Shown piece by piece: positions 13,224 to 26,806 of a stretch of 64,000 nt of DNA (positions are counted from its first letter, which is position 1; every line of letters starts with the position of its first letter). This DNA comes from Blastocystis sp. subtype 4 (lineage: Eukaryota). Made by a program: the position numbers and the translations under genes. Below the pieces are notes generated by a model, which saw only the letters and a list, made by a program, of their open reading frames with translations, was not told the origin of the DNA and ran no database searches. The stretch covers positions 1 through 64,000 of the forward strand of contig NW_014569527.1 of the NCBI RefSeq assembly GCF_000743755.1, in the 5' to 3' direction.

Positions 13224-13299
13224 GGCAATCAGAAATATTATGCATGTACTGGATTAGGGAAACAGGGAACGAGAAACGCCCTCATTTCCCCAATTATCG

Positions 13300-14273
13300 A
13301 TGAAACTGTCAGTACATTCCATGGCAACTGTGTCTCTCCTGAAACATCGTCTTACTGTGGCGGATCGTCAACTACTCAATGATATCCGCGTATTCCTCTT
13401 TGATTGTGATGGTGTCATTTGGAAGGGAAAAGAACCCATTCCCGGAGCTGTTGACACTCTCAACAAGCTAAAGGATATGGGAAAACGAGTCTTCTATCTA
13501 GTGTGTTTTGAAGAATTGGTGTGATATGTAGACAAATAACTCCACAAAGAGCAGATTGGAAACAGCAAAAAAACTACAGGATATGGGGATTAACTCCTCA
13601 GTCGATGAAGTGATCACGTCAAAGCCTTTTCAATTTCCTTATTTCTAGATCTTCCTATGCTACAGCCCGATATCTGGCTTCAAAAGGACTCAACAAAGAT
13701 GCCTATGTTGTTGGAGAACAAGGTGTCTTTGAAGAGTTGGAAGGCGTCGGAATTCATTGTTGTGGATTGGAAGACAATGATAAAAAAGACATCAGTGTAC
13801 TGCGGACAATGAATCCGTCAATTGGTACCGTAGTCGTTGGCTTGGATCGTGCTATTAACTATGTCAAGCTGAGTAGAGCAGCTGCTTATATTCGTGACCA
13901 AAAGTGTATGTTTGTAGCTACAAACACTGATGGGTCATATCCGAATGCAGGAGGCGTTATTTCTGGAGGTAGTGGCTGTATGGTGGCTGCTATCAGTACT
14001 ATTTGTGGAAAGAAACCAGATATCGTGATCGGGAAGCCGAATAGCGTCTTTATTGATTTAATTCTGGAGAGTCATCCGGATATTCACCGTAAGGAGATAA
14101 TGATGGTTGGAGACCGATTGGACACAGATATTGCATTCGCTCGTCAGAATCAAGTGCTTTCTATGTGTGTATTATCTGGAATTACTTCCGAAGAGGCTAT
14201 TCAGAAGGCAGAAGGGATTTTGGCCCCTCATGTGTATACCAATTCCATTACTGATCTCCAATCTTTCCTTTAG
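13300..14273 (+). CDS. PGP: Phosphoglycolate phosphatase / HAD-IIA hydrolase
   Basis: FLFDCDGVIW, TNNSTKSR, ATNTD, IGKP, MVGDRLDTDI, VLSGIT. Confidence 0.9.
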
Positions 14274-14375
14274 CTCCATGTGCATTTAGAAGTATACGCC
14301 CTGTAGATTCTACAGCTAGTGTTTTCGAAGGATTGTTTGTTGACATCTACTCTTCTGCAATCACATTTTGTTTTC

Positions 14376-14765
14376 ATGAGTTCCTTTCTGAGTGTTTTAG
14401 GAAGGTCCGTACTCCGACCTATGGCTGGTGCTGTAATTAGCTCTATAACTGTTGTGATGCCTAGTTGCGCTTCAATAAGCTCACATTGGGAACCTCATAT
14501 CCCAAGAATACCCCACTATCTCCGAAACGAGGAAATCGAGAGTATTACAAGGGAAACGGGTGTAGATCGGCTGGAAGACATACAGCACATGGTACGCTTT
14601 TCCATTCACGATGACCATGTTTAGGAAGATATATAGTACTCAGTGAGAAGAGTCTTGTTCTGGATGTTCCTGATTTGACTGGTTTCAAGGTTTGGCATTT
14701 AGGGTGTAATAGTCATGCTGTAGTTGAAACCATATGTGGCATACTCAACTCCAAAGGTAAAATAG
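14376..14765 (+). CDS. MRPL41: Mitochondrial ribosomal protein mL41 (3 introns)
   Basis: Spliced: PLSPKRGNREYYKGNGCRSAGRHTAHGRY…VPDLTGFKLKPYVAY. Confidence 0.85.
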
Positions 14766-14810
14766 AGACTGTTGCTTTAGAACACTTGTTTGTTACAAAC
14801 ACCATAAAAA

Positions 14811-15826
14811 TCACTGTCGCTGTGTTTCTTTAATTGTGTCCGCCATCTTGTGAGCATTTACAATCCAAGTGAAGTGCTGATGCGTCTTTGGCAACTGACG
14901 ACGGAACTCCTATTCCTAACCCTCTTTCTCCAGCTATACTTTTAATGAGTCTTGCTTCATTGACGAGAAGGCAGCCAACAACCCTTCCTGCACTTCATCT
15001 TCAAAGGAAGCGATAGCATTAAACACAGAACTGGGCGTCTGATTACCTTCAAATGCAATAGAAATAGGATTCATGTCCTTGTGAACCTCCATTCGCACAT
15101 TTCCATTTTCAAAGTAATGGGACGCAATGTCTACCATCCCCACCATCTGTCCATTACAAAGAGAATGTGTACTTACATGAATGGTGTCACTCGAAACATC
15201 CAACGAATAGCGACTCACCCATCTACCAGAGTAATAACTACGTAGTTTAATCATCTCTCCTGCGATAATAACATCCATATGATCGCCATCCACGCCCACA
15301 CTACCAATGAAGTCTCACTTAAAGACAAACAAGAATCCGGAGCGACTACAGAAACGAGAGTTGACATACTTATTGCCTTCTTCAATCATTCCTGCCTTCA
15401 ACTCCCTCATGGTTTCATGACAATCGGGTTCCAAGTATTCCACTTCCTGAACAACGACATTTGTAAGATGGTCGAATTGAAAGCATTTGCAATTTGATAC
15501 GTCCGGATAGATACTGCGATCATCATCTAATGATCCAACAAGAAGAAGGGGTTTCTTGGATCCCTCTACATCCACCAGGACATTGTTTGTAAGGTTATAC
15601 TCTTTTAATGTGCTTTCCAGAAAAGAAGAGGGAATATCAACTCCATTCAGGAGATCCTTAATTTCTATTACTGATCTTCTTTCCAACAAGTTTTACCTTC
15701 CAATACCACATAAAGTTCTCCAGGAGGACTCTTGAGAAGAAGCTGGTGAATAACGTCCAGTTGTTCTTCCGATAATTGTCTACTAAATGAACAAACTGGA
15801 TCCGTTCCATACGCTTGTGATTCCAT
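14811..15826 (-). CDS. CAPZA: F-actin capping protein alpha subunit
   Basis: LLKSPPGEL, YYSGRWVSRY, HYFENGNVRM, FRRQLPKTHQHFTW. Confidence 0.9.
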
Positions 15827-16052
15827 AATACTGATGCCGTTAAGTCAAATTGAATTCAAGGTAAACGGATTCTATCAATTATATTCACTCCCAGTCGAAT
15901 TTACGATCCAGAATTAGAGCAATCTACCGAAATCCTTTCTCAAAGATGTGATATCGGCGAAGTTCCAACCGTCCGCTAGTATATTCGCATCCCCGTTTTC
16001 GCTTCTCCGTTTCTCCTGTTCGGAATGAAACATTGCCCTCTATCCATTGAAC

Positions 16053-16719
16053 ATGAGCAACCCTTTTGGTATTCCTGATAGCACTACTGGCGACTACGAC
16101 TATTCGAAGTTGTCTCCTATGCTTGGTATGATCGATAACGACGCTCCTGATTATGTTGGAGGAGCAACTATGCAGAGAAAATGGAACGAGCGTCTGTCAC
16201 ATAATTGTGCTATCCTTTATCTCTCAGGTAGAGTTCTTCTCTTTTCTTGTGATGACTAGGTTTGGTCGTGGGAGGAAGTTATGGAGCATTGGAAGGAATT
16301 AAGAAGTCGCCTAGTACCACTTTTAAGATCCGCTTCAACAGTATGTTGAATTACAGTGCTAAGCGTGGATCAACGTTGGGCAATATGTTGGGTGTTCTAG
16401 GTATGTTGGAGATATTGTTTCTCATCTTTAGCCATTATGTACGCCTTTTCCGAGAAGGCGGGCGAAAAGGTACATCTCGATAATTTGAATCGCCGGAGTG
16501 ATTACTTCGGACCTATGGTCTGTGGTTTCACAAGTGGTGCTGTTTTCAAATGTACAGGTACCGTTGAATGCATTGAGATGACATGTAGCGGGACTACGTG
16601 GTTCCATTGTTGCTGGTTTGATTGGTATGGGAGTCGTTGCTGCAATTCGATTTTCTCAGAATACTCTTCTCCCGAAACTGGGCGTTAGCCAGCGTAATGC
16701 TCATGTATTGTTCATTTAG
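16053..16719 (+). CDS. TIM23: Mitochondrial inner-membrane translocase Tim23
   Basis: GGSYGALEG, KIRFNSMLNYSAKRGSTLGNMLGVL, GFTSGAVFKCTAGLRG. Confidence 0.85.
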
Positions 16720-16750
16720 TTGGTTCTTTTGTTTGAATAGCAAACAGTCG

Positions 16751-18695
16751 AAAGTACAGATTCAAGAATAAACTCAACCATTAAATCCCCTCTAGCTGTG
16801 TGTCCACATAACTCTACATATCATATACGTGTATGACTCAAACGATAGTCTAAACATGTTAACAAAGATCCACTACTCGAAGCACGATATGGAACGCGTC
16901 GTCCATCACACTCACAGTATCCTTCTAAATACGAAGGAATTTTCTCATCACAACGACGGGGTCGATGATCCTGAGGATTCGAGCTGTGTGTCACTGTGAA
17001 CTGACGACACACAACAGGTTTTCCTAGGATCGGGAGTCCTTCTCCTTCAATGGCCTGTGTATCTGACTCAGGAGATAATGGACCTCCAGTGTAGACCACA
17101 GTGAGGTTGTGTCCGATTGGTGTGATGAGGGAATGAGGAAGAGGCGAGGTTAACTCACTAATCGCAAGCTAGATTGAACAACTTCCCTCATGCCTACAGA
17201 GATGGTAGCCCATAGAACATTCTCACGGATCTGAAATGGCTTTGGCATGAGATAATGAATTGTGAATATAACACTCGACGGTTTCGTAAATGGCAAGTGA
17301 GAGCCTTTATCAGGAAACACAATTTGATATCCTTCTGGAGTGCCTTCAACCACCGATACTGACTGAGTAAGTACCTCATGAATGACGTGAGTATTCTAGA
17401 TGGAAGAGAAGACTCATATCTACGTTACAACGAGGACAAATATAGGAAGAACTCTGATGAATGTGACCATAACCTCCACAGAGAGGACATGTGTGTTGAT
17501 GGGTTTGGTGAACTGAAGGTGACAATGTATGTTGAATCACTTCGATCCCTGTTCCTTGACAACGCGGACAGCGTACAGCAGTATTTTTGAGAGCAATAGC
17601 AGAGCAGACAGGACACTCAATATCGCGTGACCAAGCTAAATTTGATTCATATGAACAGAGTTTACTAAAGGACTGAAGTGTGGAATGATACATTGAAACC
17701 AAATCCATTGTTGCAGTAAACGTCTGATCAGGTGTATCAGTGTGGCCTCCATTCTTTCCTACTACACGACCCCACTGAAATTCAAAGGAAGCAGCAGGAG
17801 ACTTGATCTTGTAGTGAACAGGAGAGAGAAGTGTAGAAGGTTCTGCGTAACAATCTTTGATAGATAGATAAGATGCAAGAGATTCTTTCGACGAATACTG
17901 AAGCAGAAGCTTGCTTGTAGATCTGGAATACACACGCAGAGCAAACGGGAGGCAGATACGACGAAACTAGGTCAACATAATATGAACATGAATACAGTAT
18001 AGCGAATATGCTTTGGAAGTGCCAATATGAAAATATCAATCCCATTATCATTCACTTGAAAGACATCAACCTCTTCAGACATGTCATTCTGGAGAGTCAA
18101 CTCATTTGAGCATCCTGATGCAGAATTTGAGCGCAATGAAGGATCATAGGAGTCACAGAAACGCTGAGGAAGTTGAGCACATTTCTCTGCACATGTAAAA
18201 GGTGGATGACGACAGTCAGAATATGCCGTTCGTTTCCCATCTTCACAGGCACAAAATCCAGCTATTGAACTGGGAACAACGTCGAAACAAGATAGATCAT
18301 GAGTGATATCACGCTTTCCATATGGAGAACATCCTACAGTTGCCTTCCACCCCTGACAAGCTATTTATGAGTATCTAATAAAGTAACCACCTTTGCATTG
18401 ACTTGAACATGAGAAAGGCTCATGTCCACACAAAGCAGTCTTAGTTTTCCAGTTGTCTTCACACACACAAAATCCAGTTATTGCAGAATCAATGAGAGCA
18501 TCACAATTCTAATGATCAGCAAAAACAACAACCCTTACGAATATCTCATTCAGTTGACTCTCATCAGATCCATTACAAAGCGAAATCCCCTGAAAGTACT
18601 TACAATGACCTGTATGTGCTGCTATATATCAGTAGAATATATGAAACAGATATACCACTTCCAAGAATGCCAAGGAATGCAAAAAGGAGAATCAT
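16751..18695 (-). CDS. Secreted/ER protein with three Cys-rich repeats, DnaJ zinc finger and DnaJ C-terminal domain; no J-domain seen
   Basis: Signal peptide MILLFAFLGILGSA; CPRCQGTG and CPLCGGYG; IVFPDKG, GEGLP…RGDLMVEF; repeats with G(F/Y)CxC(E/D). Confidence 0.7.
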
Positions 18696-18990
18696 TGGAG
18701 ATATGGTATGATTATCTTCAGTTATGAGGATCTGTTAATTTACGAAACAGTTTTTGGAATGTGGAATAATCCTTTCATACAATGAAGTAATTGTGAAGAA
18801 TTAATGAATGGTTGTTGGGAGACATGATTAATCCTTGTCAATTAAGATGCATTAAAAGGAGTCGTAATTAATAGTCATTAATTATTCTAATAGTATTTAT
18901 TGTATTGTAATTTATTCTGTCCTAGAATACAACAACATGGATTATGTTGAGAAAACACATGAAATCACTTCATTCACACATAAAGATACT

Positions 18991-20357
18991 TCACGACTTC
19001 TGGATACCAGATTCTTCATTCGACTTCTCGCAACTGTGGACACGCTTTCGAAAAGGCCACTTGAACACCTTCCCAATCAATTCAAAAGGTGGTTCTCCAT
19101 TCAGGTGCTCATCAAATCCGTTGAAGATGGAGAGCTATGTTTGATTATTACATCCATTTCTTACAGGAGCTTCATCATTGAATACAGATACATCACTATC
19201 TTCGAATACATTCTGAGGAAGGTCCTCTAATTCCTGTTGTGGCAATGTTCGTTGGAGCAAGGAACAATAGCTCTGTTCTATTGTATCATCAATTATCGAA
19301 CATAGTTCTGGATCTCGTTCTCCAATCGTTCGCTCCTCTGCTTCCGATAATTGCTTCATATTGTTGATGGTATTCACCAGCCCTTGTATTAGGACGCGAT
19401 GAAGAGGAAGGTTATGAAATGTGGATTGCCCTGATGGTGGTGACTCCATATCATACAGAGAGGTATCATTGGTCACAGCTGAAAGGAGAGGTTGAGCTGG
19501 TTGTGATGGTTGAACTGATTCAACTAGTTCAGGCTGTAGTGTTACACTCTCTTCATCCTCCTCCTCTGTCTGTACTGACTCTAACAAAGGTAGAGAACGA
19601 GAGGAATAAACCGTTGGAATGCGATCCACATCCAACTTCGTTAAGAATCCCGTCTTCAGAAACTCGCTGAGAGAAGGGATTGAATGAACCTCACAATCTA
19701 CACTTAAAACAAGACAGATACTATACAGAGATTAGCAAACACTGGATTTTCAGTTAGTGCATGATACAACGGATTGACTGGACCCAAGTGAAGGGGATGA
19801 ACCTTCCGAAAGAATCGGTTCTCCTCTCTTTGCTTTTGTTCCTTTATCAAATTGCAGTGAGCATAATAGGCCTGCCATTTCTGAGAAGAAAAGTCGAATG
19901 CTCCCATAAACCTGTTGACTCCATTCAAATCATAATTTCGAACCTTTATGATCATCAGTCAACAATACAGCATACAGAAAACTTCCCTCGAAGAACCATT
20001 CTTGTAATCCCTGATACACCAATTTCCCCACTGTAAATCTTGATAAAATCTTCAGCTGGGATGGTAGCAAGAATATCTGCATGGTCTGGATTCTCAAAAC
20101 GTCCATAGGCTACAGTAAACAGTACCAAACAAGGCCTACCTTTCTTTCCTTCTTCTGTATTTTCAATATATAGTACAAACGAATAATCTTTCCCAGATTG
20201 GGAACGAAGTGAAAAACCCATCTAGAAAATGAGGAATGTACGACAACCCTACTGATCCTGAAACTGTTGTTTCGGGATTACAGGCGAAGGTCATGTAATC
20301 AAGCGTTTCTTCAATTTGTTGTTGCAACCATTCTTCATCCTCGTTACAGGGTGCCAT
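18991..20357 (-). CDS. Hypothetical protein with a possible N-terminal SCP2/sterol-carrier-like domain and acidic low-complexity C-terminus
   Basis: ADILATIPAEDFIKIYSGEIGVSGITRMVLRGK…IKV resembles the SCP2 signature. Exons joined by ~30-nt introns. Confidence 0.5.
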
Positions 20358-20484
20358 TTTTATGTTGGACACCAAAAGTACAATAAGTAATGGAGCAAAC
20401 TATAATGATTGTTACAGTTCGTTAAACAAACACCAAAACGTATGGTACAAATATATAAAACCAATAACGTATGGTTGAGCTTGT

Positions 20485-20892
20485 TTACTTCTCGTTACGG
20501 ATACGACGAGCAAGCTGCATATCACGAGGCATGATAGTCACACGCTTGGCGTGAATAGCGCACAGATTTGTATCCTCAAACAGAGACACAAGATAAGCTT
20601 CAGCAGCCTCCTGAAGAGCCATCACAGCAGAACCCTGGAAACGGAGATCGTTCTTGAAGTCCTGAGCAACCTCACGCACTAAACGCTGGAAGGGGAGCTT
20701 GCGGATCAGAAGTTCGGTACTCTTCTGATACTTGCGGATCTCACGAAGAGCCACAGTTCCGGGTCTGTAACGATGGGGCTTCTTCACAGCTCCGGCAGCA
20801 GGTGAAGACTTACGAGCGGCCTTGGTAGCCAATTGTTTACGAGGGACCTTTCCTCCTGTGCTCTTTCTTGCAGTTTGTTTAGTACGAGCCAT
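20485..20892 (-). CDS. H3: Histone H3 (intronless)
   Basis: [15 protein letters not shown]…[35 protein letters not shown]. Confidence 0.99.
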   Translation of the reverse strand: MARTKQTARKSTGGKVPRKQLATKAARKSSPAAGAVKKPHRYRPGTVALREIRKYQKSTELLIRKLPFQRLVREVAQDFKNDLRFQGSAVMALQEAAEAYLVSLFEDTNLCAIHAKRVTIMPRDMQLARRIRNEK

Positions 20893-21418
<526 letters not shown>

Positions 21419-21483
21419 ACAAGACTGGTATTTTTTGGTACCAAAGGATTTGTTTGTTGCAAACAAGGACATTGTAGAAGAAA

Positions 21484-22970
21484 CTATTGTTTAACGAAAC
21501 GTCGCCATCGTCGATTAGTTCGAAGAATATCATTCTGCAGGTGTTCAGCCACTTTAAAGAACAGCTTCCTGCTTCCTTCCTATGATCAATAAGAATAGCT
21601 GCACCTACAAGGATATGAAAGGATACTACACATTTCTCAGGTTCTACTTCATCCACAGAGATAGAAAAACGGACTGATTCTTCAGTCAACGGATTCTCTT
21701 CTTGGTGAGGTAGAAGCGGAAAATGGTATACGAATCCACTCACTTGAATTTCATCAGACGTTTCTCTTTGAATACCTTGACATCCTTTACAGAATTCATC
21801 GATGCGATTCCATATCTCTTCTTCCTCCTCACTAGCACTGAATTCTACTTCATGTCGTTGAGAAGCATATTTCTTCCTACCAAATACCTTGAAGCGAACT
21901 GGATCTGCCTCAAAAGCGGTGTGATAGGCAGGATCAAATGACCAACACACACACCATCGACATGTCTTCCCTTGATACAGTACTGTCGAGCCAACACTGG
22001 GAACATTCAGTTCACGGAGTAGACGCAAGATCACACGGAGAGAACGCTTTCGTCCCAGGAGAGAAGAGTACAGGTGAACCATGTCACGAAGTTCCATCGA
22101 CTCCTGAACCAATCGGCTCACAAATCCCACCTCTCCTCCTTCTGTGATCATCTCACTTCTCGTACTTTCACTGTTTGTCAGCGGGTTCCCTTCAATCTAG
22201 TCCTCAGACCTCCTCCTCAGACTGACTTCATCAATAGAACTGAAGAAAGGAGGGTTACACATACAGAAGGCCATCCCTTCCTTCACAACTCCCTCGAGAA
22301 GGGGTTGCTCAGGAGTACGTTGAAGAATCTGGATTGAATCCTCAAGATGATTCATCACTACGATCTTCCTTGCCGACTCCACTGACTCTGGATCAATGTC
22401 CGTTGCCATAAACTTCCACGAATAGAGAGAGTGGCCCAGTAATGGATAGATACAGGAGGCTCCTGTGCCTACATCAAGACCTTCAACAGATGTAAGTGCT
22501 TCCTTGTCCGTAGTTGTGTCTTCAGATACTCCATTCACTGGTACTTCATCTGGATGGGTTCTCTCCTCAGCTGTTGCATCTGCAGAAACTCCCTCCATCT
22601 TTCCTGAACAACCTCCTGGATGTGGAACTAAATTCAGAACCTCCTGGATCCAGTTAATATAATTGATTCTTCCTGTTAAACCAGGGACCAAGTGCGAATC
22701 AGGCATATCCCACTCTAATCCAAAATCTCGTTTCAGCAAGACTTTTGTGAGGGTTCTACTCATGAACCCTTCATTTTAGCATCACTTTGTTGCATTCGGT
22801 TCTGACCACTTGTAAAACACCTTTCCATTGTTTCCATAAACAACGTACGGTCTAAGTTCGGGATAGTCTTTGGCTAATATAGCAAAGTCTGGGGGATTCT
22901 CTCGATAGGGATTATCATCATGAATATATTCATTATATGTTGGTAACGTCTCTTTATACAACCGTTTCAT
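21484..22970 (-). CDS. METTL16: METTL16/RlmF-family RNA m6A methyltransferase
   Basis: NPYRENPPDFAILA, LTKVLLKRDFGL, GLDVGTGASCIYPLLG, FCMCNPPFF, EGGEVGFV, QGKTCRWCVCWSF. Confidence 0.92.
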
Positions 22971-23022
22971 CCAAAGACAGTGCCATTACAAGAATATTCT
23001 GCGAGTGTTTGAGAATAGAACT

Positions 23023-25021
23023 ATGGAATCCGATAATAAGAGAACCGCAGAAGAAGCACAACTGGATGAAATGGGTGAACAACCCAAAGAGGCCAAAGTC
23101 CGTCGATGTGTAAAGAAACTGAACTGTGCAACAGAGCATGAAGTTGGAATTGATTCGTTTGTTGTAGTTGTGTTCTGTGACTTGGAGATTTGTATCAAGC
23201 GAGAAAGGAATTCGCGGAATTTTGAAGAATAGTTGTGATGACTTTATTGTTCAAGAGATTGATGAAAATGGAGTTGTTGTCGATTTGATCGATACAAGTG
23301 AACCAAAACGTTCTATCCATTAGATAATTCTGATCCCTAGTTCTAAAGCCTGCCATTGAAACGATTTCTGAGGAAGAAGGTATGAATGAAGGAGTGATTT
23401 GACTGAAAGGATGGACAAAACTAAAAGAAATCTTTGATGAAGATGTATGTAACCAAATCAAAGAGTTTCAAGACAAAGTGAAGAATGATGAGAATACTCC
23501 AGATGGTTGTAAGTTGTCTGCAATCACTGAAAAAGACAAACGCAAACAAGTTCATGATATTATTCGAAAAGCATTTCCTATTTTTACAAGTGATACAGAT
23601 GGCGATTGCATTGTACTGTATTCACACAAGAATCAGAGTAACAAATATTCTTTGCTTTCAATTAGATAAATATCACACTGTTCACCGTGAAGTCTGGCCA
23701 TATCCAGATAGGAATTATGTTGCGTTTACAGTTAAGAAGCGTGGTCAAGAGACAATGACTGTAGTTAGCAATCTTGCTCATGCTGTTCATCGTGCTCCCA
23801 AAATGTTCTCTTACTATGGTACGAAGGACAAACGAGCCATTACTTATCAACGAGTTGTAGCTTATCGTATCACTCCTGTATGTGTTACCTGCTTCTCTCA
23901 CTCCTAGCATGAGATTTATACTGCTGCTCAGAAGGTTCGAGATGTTGAGGTGGGAGATTTCACGTTTGTTCCTGATCCCGCTACAATTGGTGGAAATCAT
24001 GGAAATCGTTTTACAATCACACTACGAAGTTTAGCTACCAGTAATCCAGGTGAGACAATCGAAGAGCTTCGTGAGCGTCTGAGTAGAATCGTGAAGAGTC
24101 TCCAAGATCGAGGGTATGTGAATTACTACGGTCTACAGCGGTTTGGAAATGGTGGATCGAATGTGAATATTGGTGTGGCCATGTTGAATGGTGACTGGAA
24201 GGAAGCAGTAATGGGAATTCTCGAATCCAATCATAGCAATGGGAATGTGATGAAGAAAGCGTTGGCAGCATGGGAAGAGACACAAGATGGATTTGAAGCA
24301 GCCAAAGTGTTGCCTAAGTACATGCACAGTGAGATTCAGTTATTTCGTGCTCTTGGAAAGAGTGGGGGAAAAGGATTCAGTGTACGACAATCAAGATAAG
24401 ATTAGTGATAGAATGCTCTGGCTTCACTTCCCTACAACCGTCGAACCCTGTATGTTCATGCTGTTCAGTCTCTCCTCTTTAATCGTTTTGCTAATGCTCG
24501 AATAGCTCTGGGATTCCAACTCATTCCTGGTGATCTTGTATGTGGTACAGGCTTACTGAATGGCTGATTTGTAGAGAGTGATGAATCGACAGATCTGAAT
24601 GATAAAGTATGAGAAGTGCACTGATTGTTACATAGACTCCTTTAGTTGTGATCACTCCAGCCAATCAAATGCAATATTCAATCCATCAATTAGTGCTTCC
24701 TTTACCAGGAATGTCAACTCAGATCCCTGTTTACTTGCAGAGTGTGTATGAGAAGGAGATGGAATCCCTTGGTCTGGCACTGGATTGCTGGGGTCAGGCC
24801 ATTCGTGACTATCGTATGCATGGGAGTTATCGACACATGCTACTGAGACCGAAAGGTGTTGAAGGAGAAATTGTAGACGATGATTCTATGCGACTCGCCT
24901 TTTCACTAGGTTTGGTTGAAGAAAGAGTGTAATGGATAGAATCTGGAGCATATGCAACCATGCTTATTCGGGAAGTGACCAAATACGAAACTGATATTAA
25001 CTCCCAACTTGTTTTACCTTG
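23023..25021 (+). CDS. PUS7: Pseudouridine synthase PUS7 (TruD family); stop probably made by poly(A) (TG+A)
   Basis: GTKDKRAITYQ, GNRFTITLR, NYYGLQRFG, YVHAVQSLLFN, GSYR, SGAYATMLIREVTK. Confidence 0.92.
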
Positions 25022-25068
25022 TTTATGTTTGTTTTGGCAACAAGTAATCTATTATCTGGAGGCTCAAA

Positions 25069-26171
25069 ATGAAACGAACTGCGCAGAAAACGATGGAATC
25101 CTTTTTTAAGGCATCGAATCCTACAGTTAAGCATGCCAAAGTCAATGGACGTAGGGAATCCAATAGAGTCTGATCCACAGCTGTATTCACACAAGACATT
25201 GAGAAAAAGATTGTGGTAAGTATCGATTCTTGAAATTAATAGATAGAGTGATCCGCCATTTTCACAGAGTATCAAGCAACCTGTAGAAGTAGCAGATCTG
25301 TATTTAGAATTATGTAAAGGCTAGTACAAAATGGACAGAAGAGTTTCATTCTGGAATCGGTGGTTACTGGGGAGATTTCATTGAAAAGGAATCACAAAAA
25401 TCATATTTCAAGAAGTTACTTGTATTGGTGAATTGGTGGCTTGTGATGTAGGAATTCCTGGCTTCGGAAGAAAAGAGTGGAAAGACGATATATCCACCTC
25501 GTTCTGATGTTTTTAATGCATTCAAACACTGCCCATGGGAGAAAGTTAAGGTTGTGATTATTGGTCAGGATCCTTATCATGATGATCGGCAGGTTTTACT
25601 ATGAAATGTTTTTGATTTTAGGCACATGGATTATGTTTTTCTGTGAACAAGGGTATCGCTATTCCTCCTTCACTTCGGAATATCTACAAGGAAATTGAGA
25701 ATGATTTGGGTATTAAACCACCCACCCATGGAAGTCTGTTTCATTGGGCTGATCAAGGTGTTCTTCTTCTGAACACTGTACTAACTGTGAGAGCTCATGA
25801 AGCTAATTCCCATAAGAAGAAGGTTATTGTAATTAAGGAAAGTGAAAGATAGGGATGGGAGACATTTACTGATGCTGTAATCAAGGAGATCACGGACAAG
25901 AAGGAGCATGTTGTGTTTATCCTGTGGGGAAGTCCAGCACAGGTAGAAACTAAGCCGGGTATTGACATGTAGAATAAGGGCAAAATTGTTAATCGTTCAA
26001 AACATCTTGTTCTTGAAAGTGTTCATGTTGATTCTGAATTGATAGATAATGTCTAGCCTTCACCACTATCAGCGAATAAGGGACCAACGTTTTTCAACCA
26101 TCACCACTTTTCTCAAGCCAATGACTTCTTGAAAGAGTATGGGCTTCAACCGATTGATTGGTCTGTTCAAT
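25069..26171 (+). CDS. UNG: Uracil-DNA glycosylase (family 1) with N-terminal PIP box; stop probably made by poly(A)
   Basis: [11 protein letters not shown] box; [43 protein letters not shown]. Confidence 0.95.
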
Positions 26172-26175
26172 ACTT

Positions 26176-26183
26176 TGTTTGTT
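26176..26183 (+). terminator. TGTTTGTT 3'-processing motif (UNG)
   Basis: Starts 5 nt after the T at 26171, which opens the codon after …PIDWSVQ. Confidence 0.85.
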
Positions 26184-26257
26184 GTTTAAGACAGGATTCA
26201 TGGGGTTTTCTGATATCCAATGCGCCGTTTTCATTCCATTTGTCCATTTCGAAGGGA

Positions 26258-26671
26258 ATGAGCTTTCGGAGAGCCCTCAATATCAGGAAAGTCATACCTC
26301 AGAGAGGTTTAGAAGAGTTTCTGGGGACATCGACTGCTGCAGGAAAGGATGCTATTTATGGTCCTTATTAGATTTACTTTTGATATTTAGGACGTGCATG
26401 GAAATCTTCTGAACTCCGATTGAAAAGTTTCGACGATTTACACAAACTCTGGTATGTGCTTTTAAAGGAAAAGAATTGTCTATTAACAGAGTACTATGAC
26501 TGTGAGAGTCGTCATGTGGCAATGCCTCATCCTGAACGACTGCATAAAGTGAAACTGTCCATGAAGCGTCTGAAAGGAGTGCTAGAAGAGCGAAAGATTG
26601 AATACGAAAAGTTGAATAGTGAACAACAAGTTTTGGAAAGTCGTATTCCGGATACACCAAAGGTTGAATAG
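26258..26671 (+). CDS. MRPL47: Mitochondrial ribosomal protein uL29m (L47)
   Basis: GRAWKSSELRLKSFDDLHKLWYVLLKEKN…ERLHKVKLSM. Confidence 0.92.
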
Positions 26672-26806
26672 CGATATGGTTCTTTTATGGATACGTTTGT
26701 TCTAAAGAAAGAGTTGATAGTAGAGAAAAGAGTTCTTGAAGATGATTGCGTTGTCGGTTGATCAACGAGTCATTGAAATCACTAGAATTAAGTACAGCCA
26801 GCTTCA

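Noticed and set aside
12046..13257. 403-aa plus-strand ORF
   Set aside because: Antisense shadow of the codon-biased glyoxylate reductase gene; no recognisable motifs.
18700..18940. AT-rich spacer with weak inverted repeats as an ncRNA or MITE
   Set aside because: Pairings are short and AT-rich, with no terminal inverted repeats, target-site duplication or RNA family motifs.
21419..21450. Possible histone stem-loop after H4
   Set aside because: Only a short TGGTACCA palindrome, not the canonical 6-bp stem with 4-nt loop; a poly(A) motif follows.
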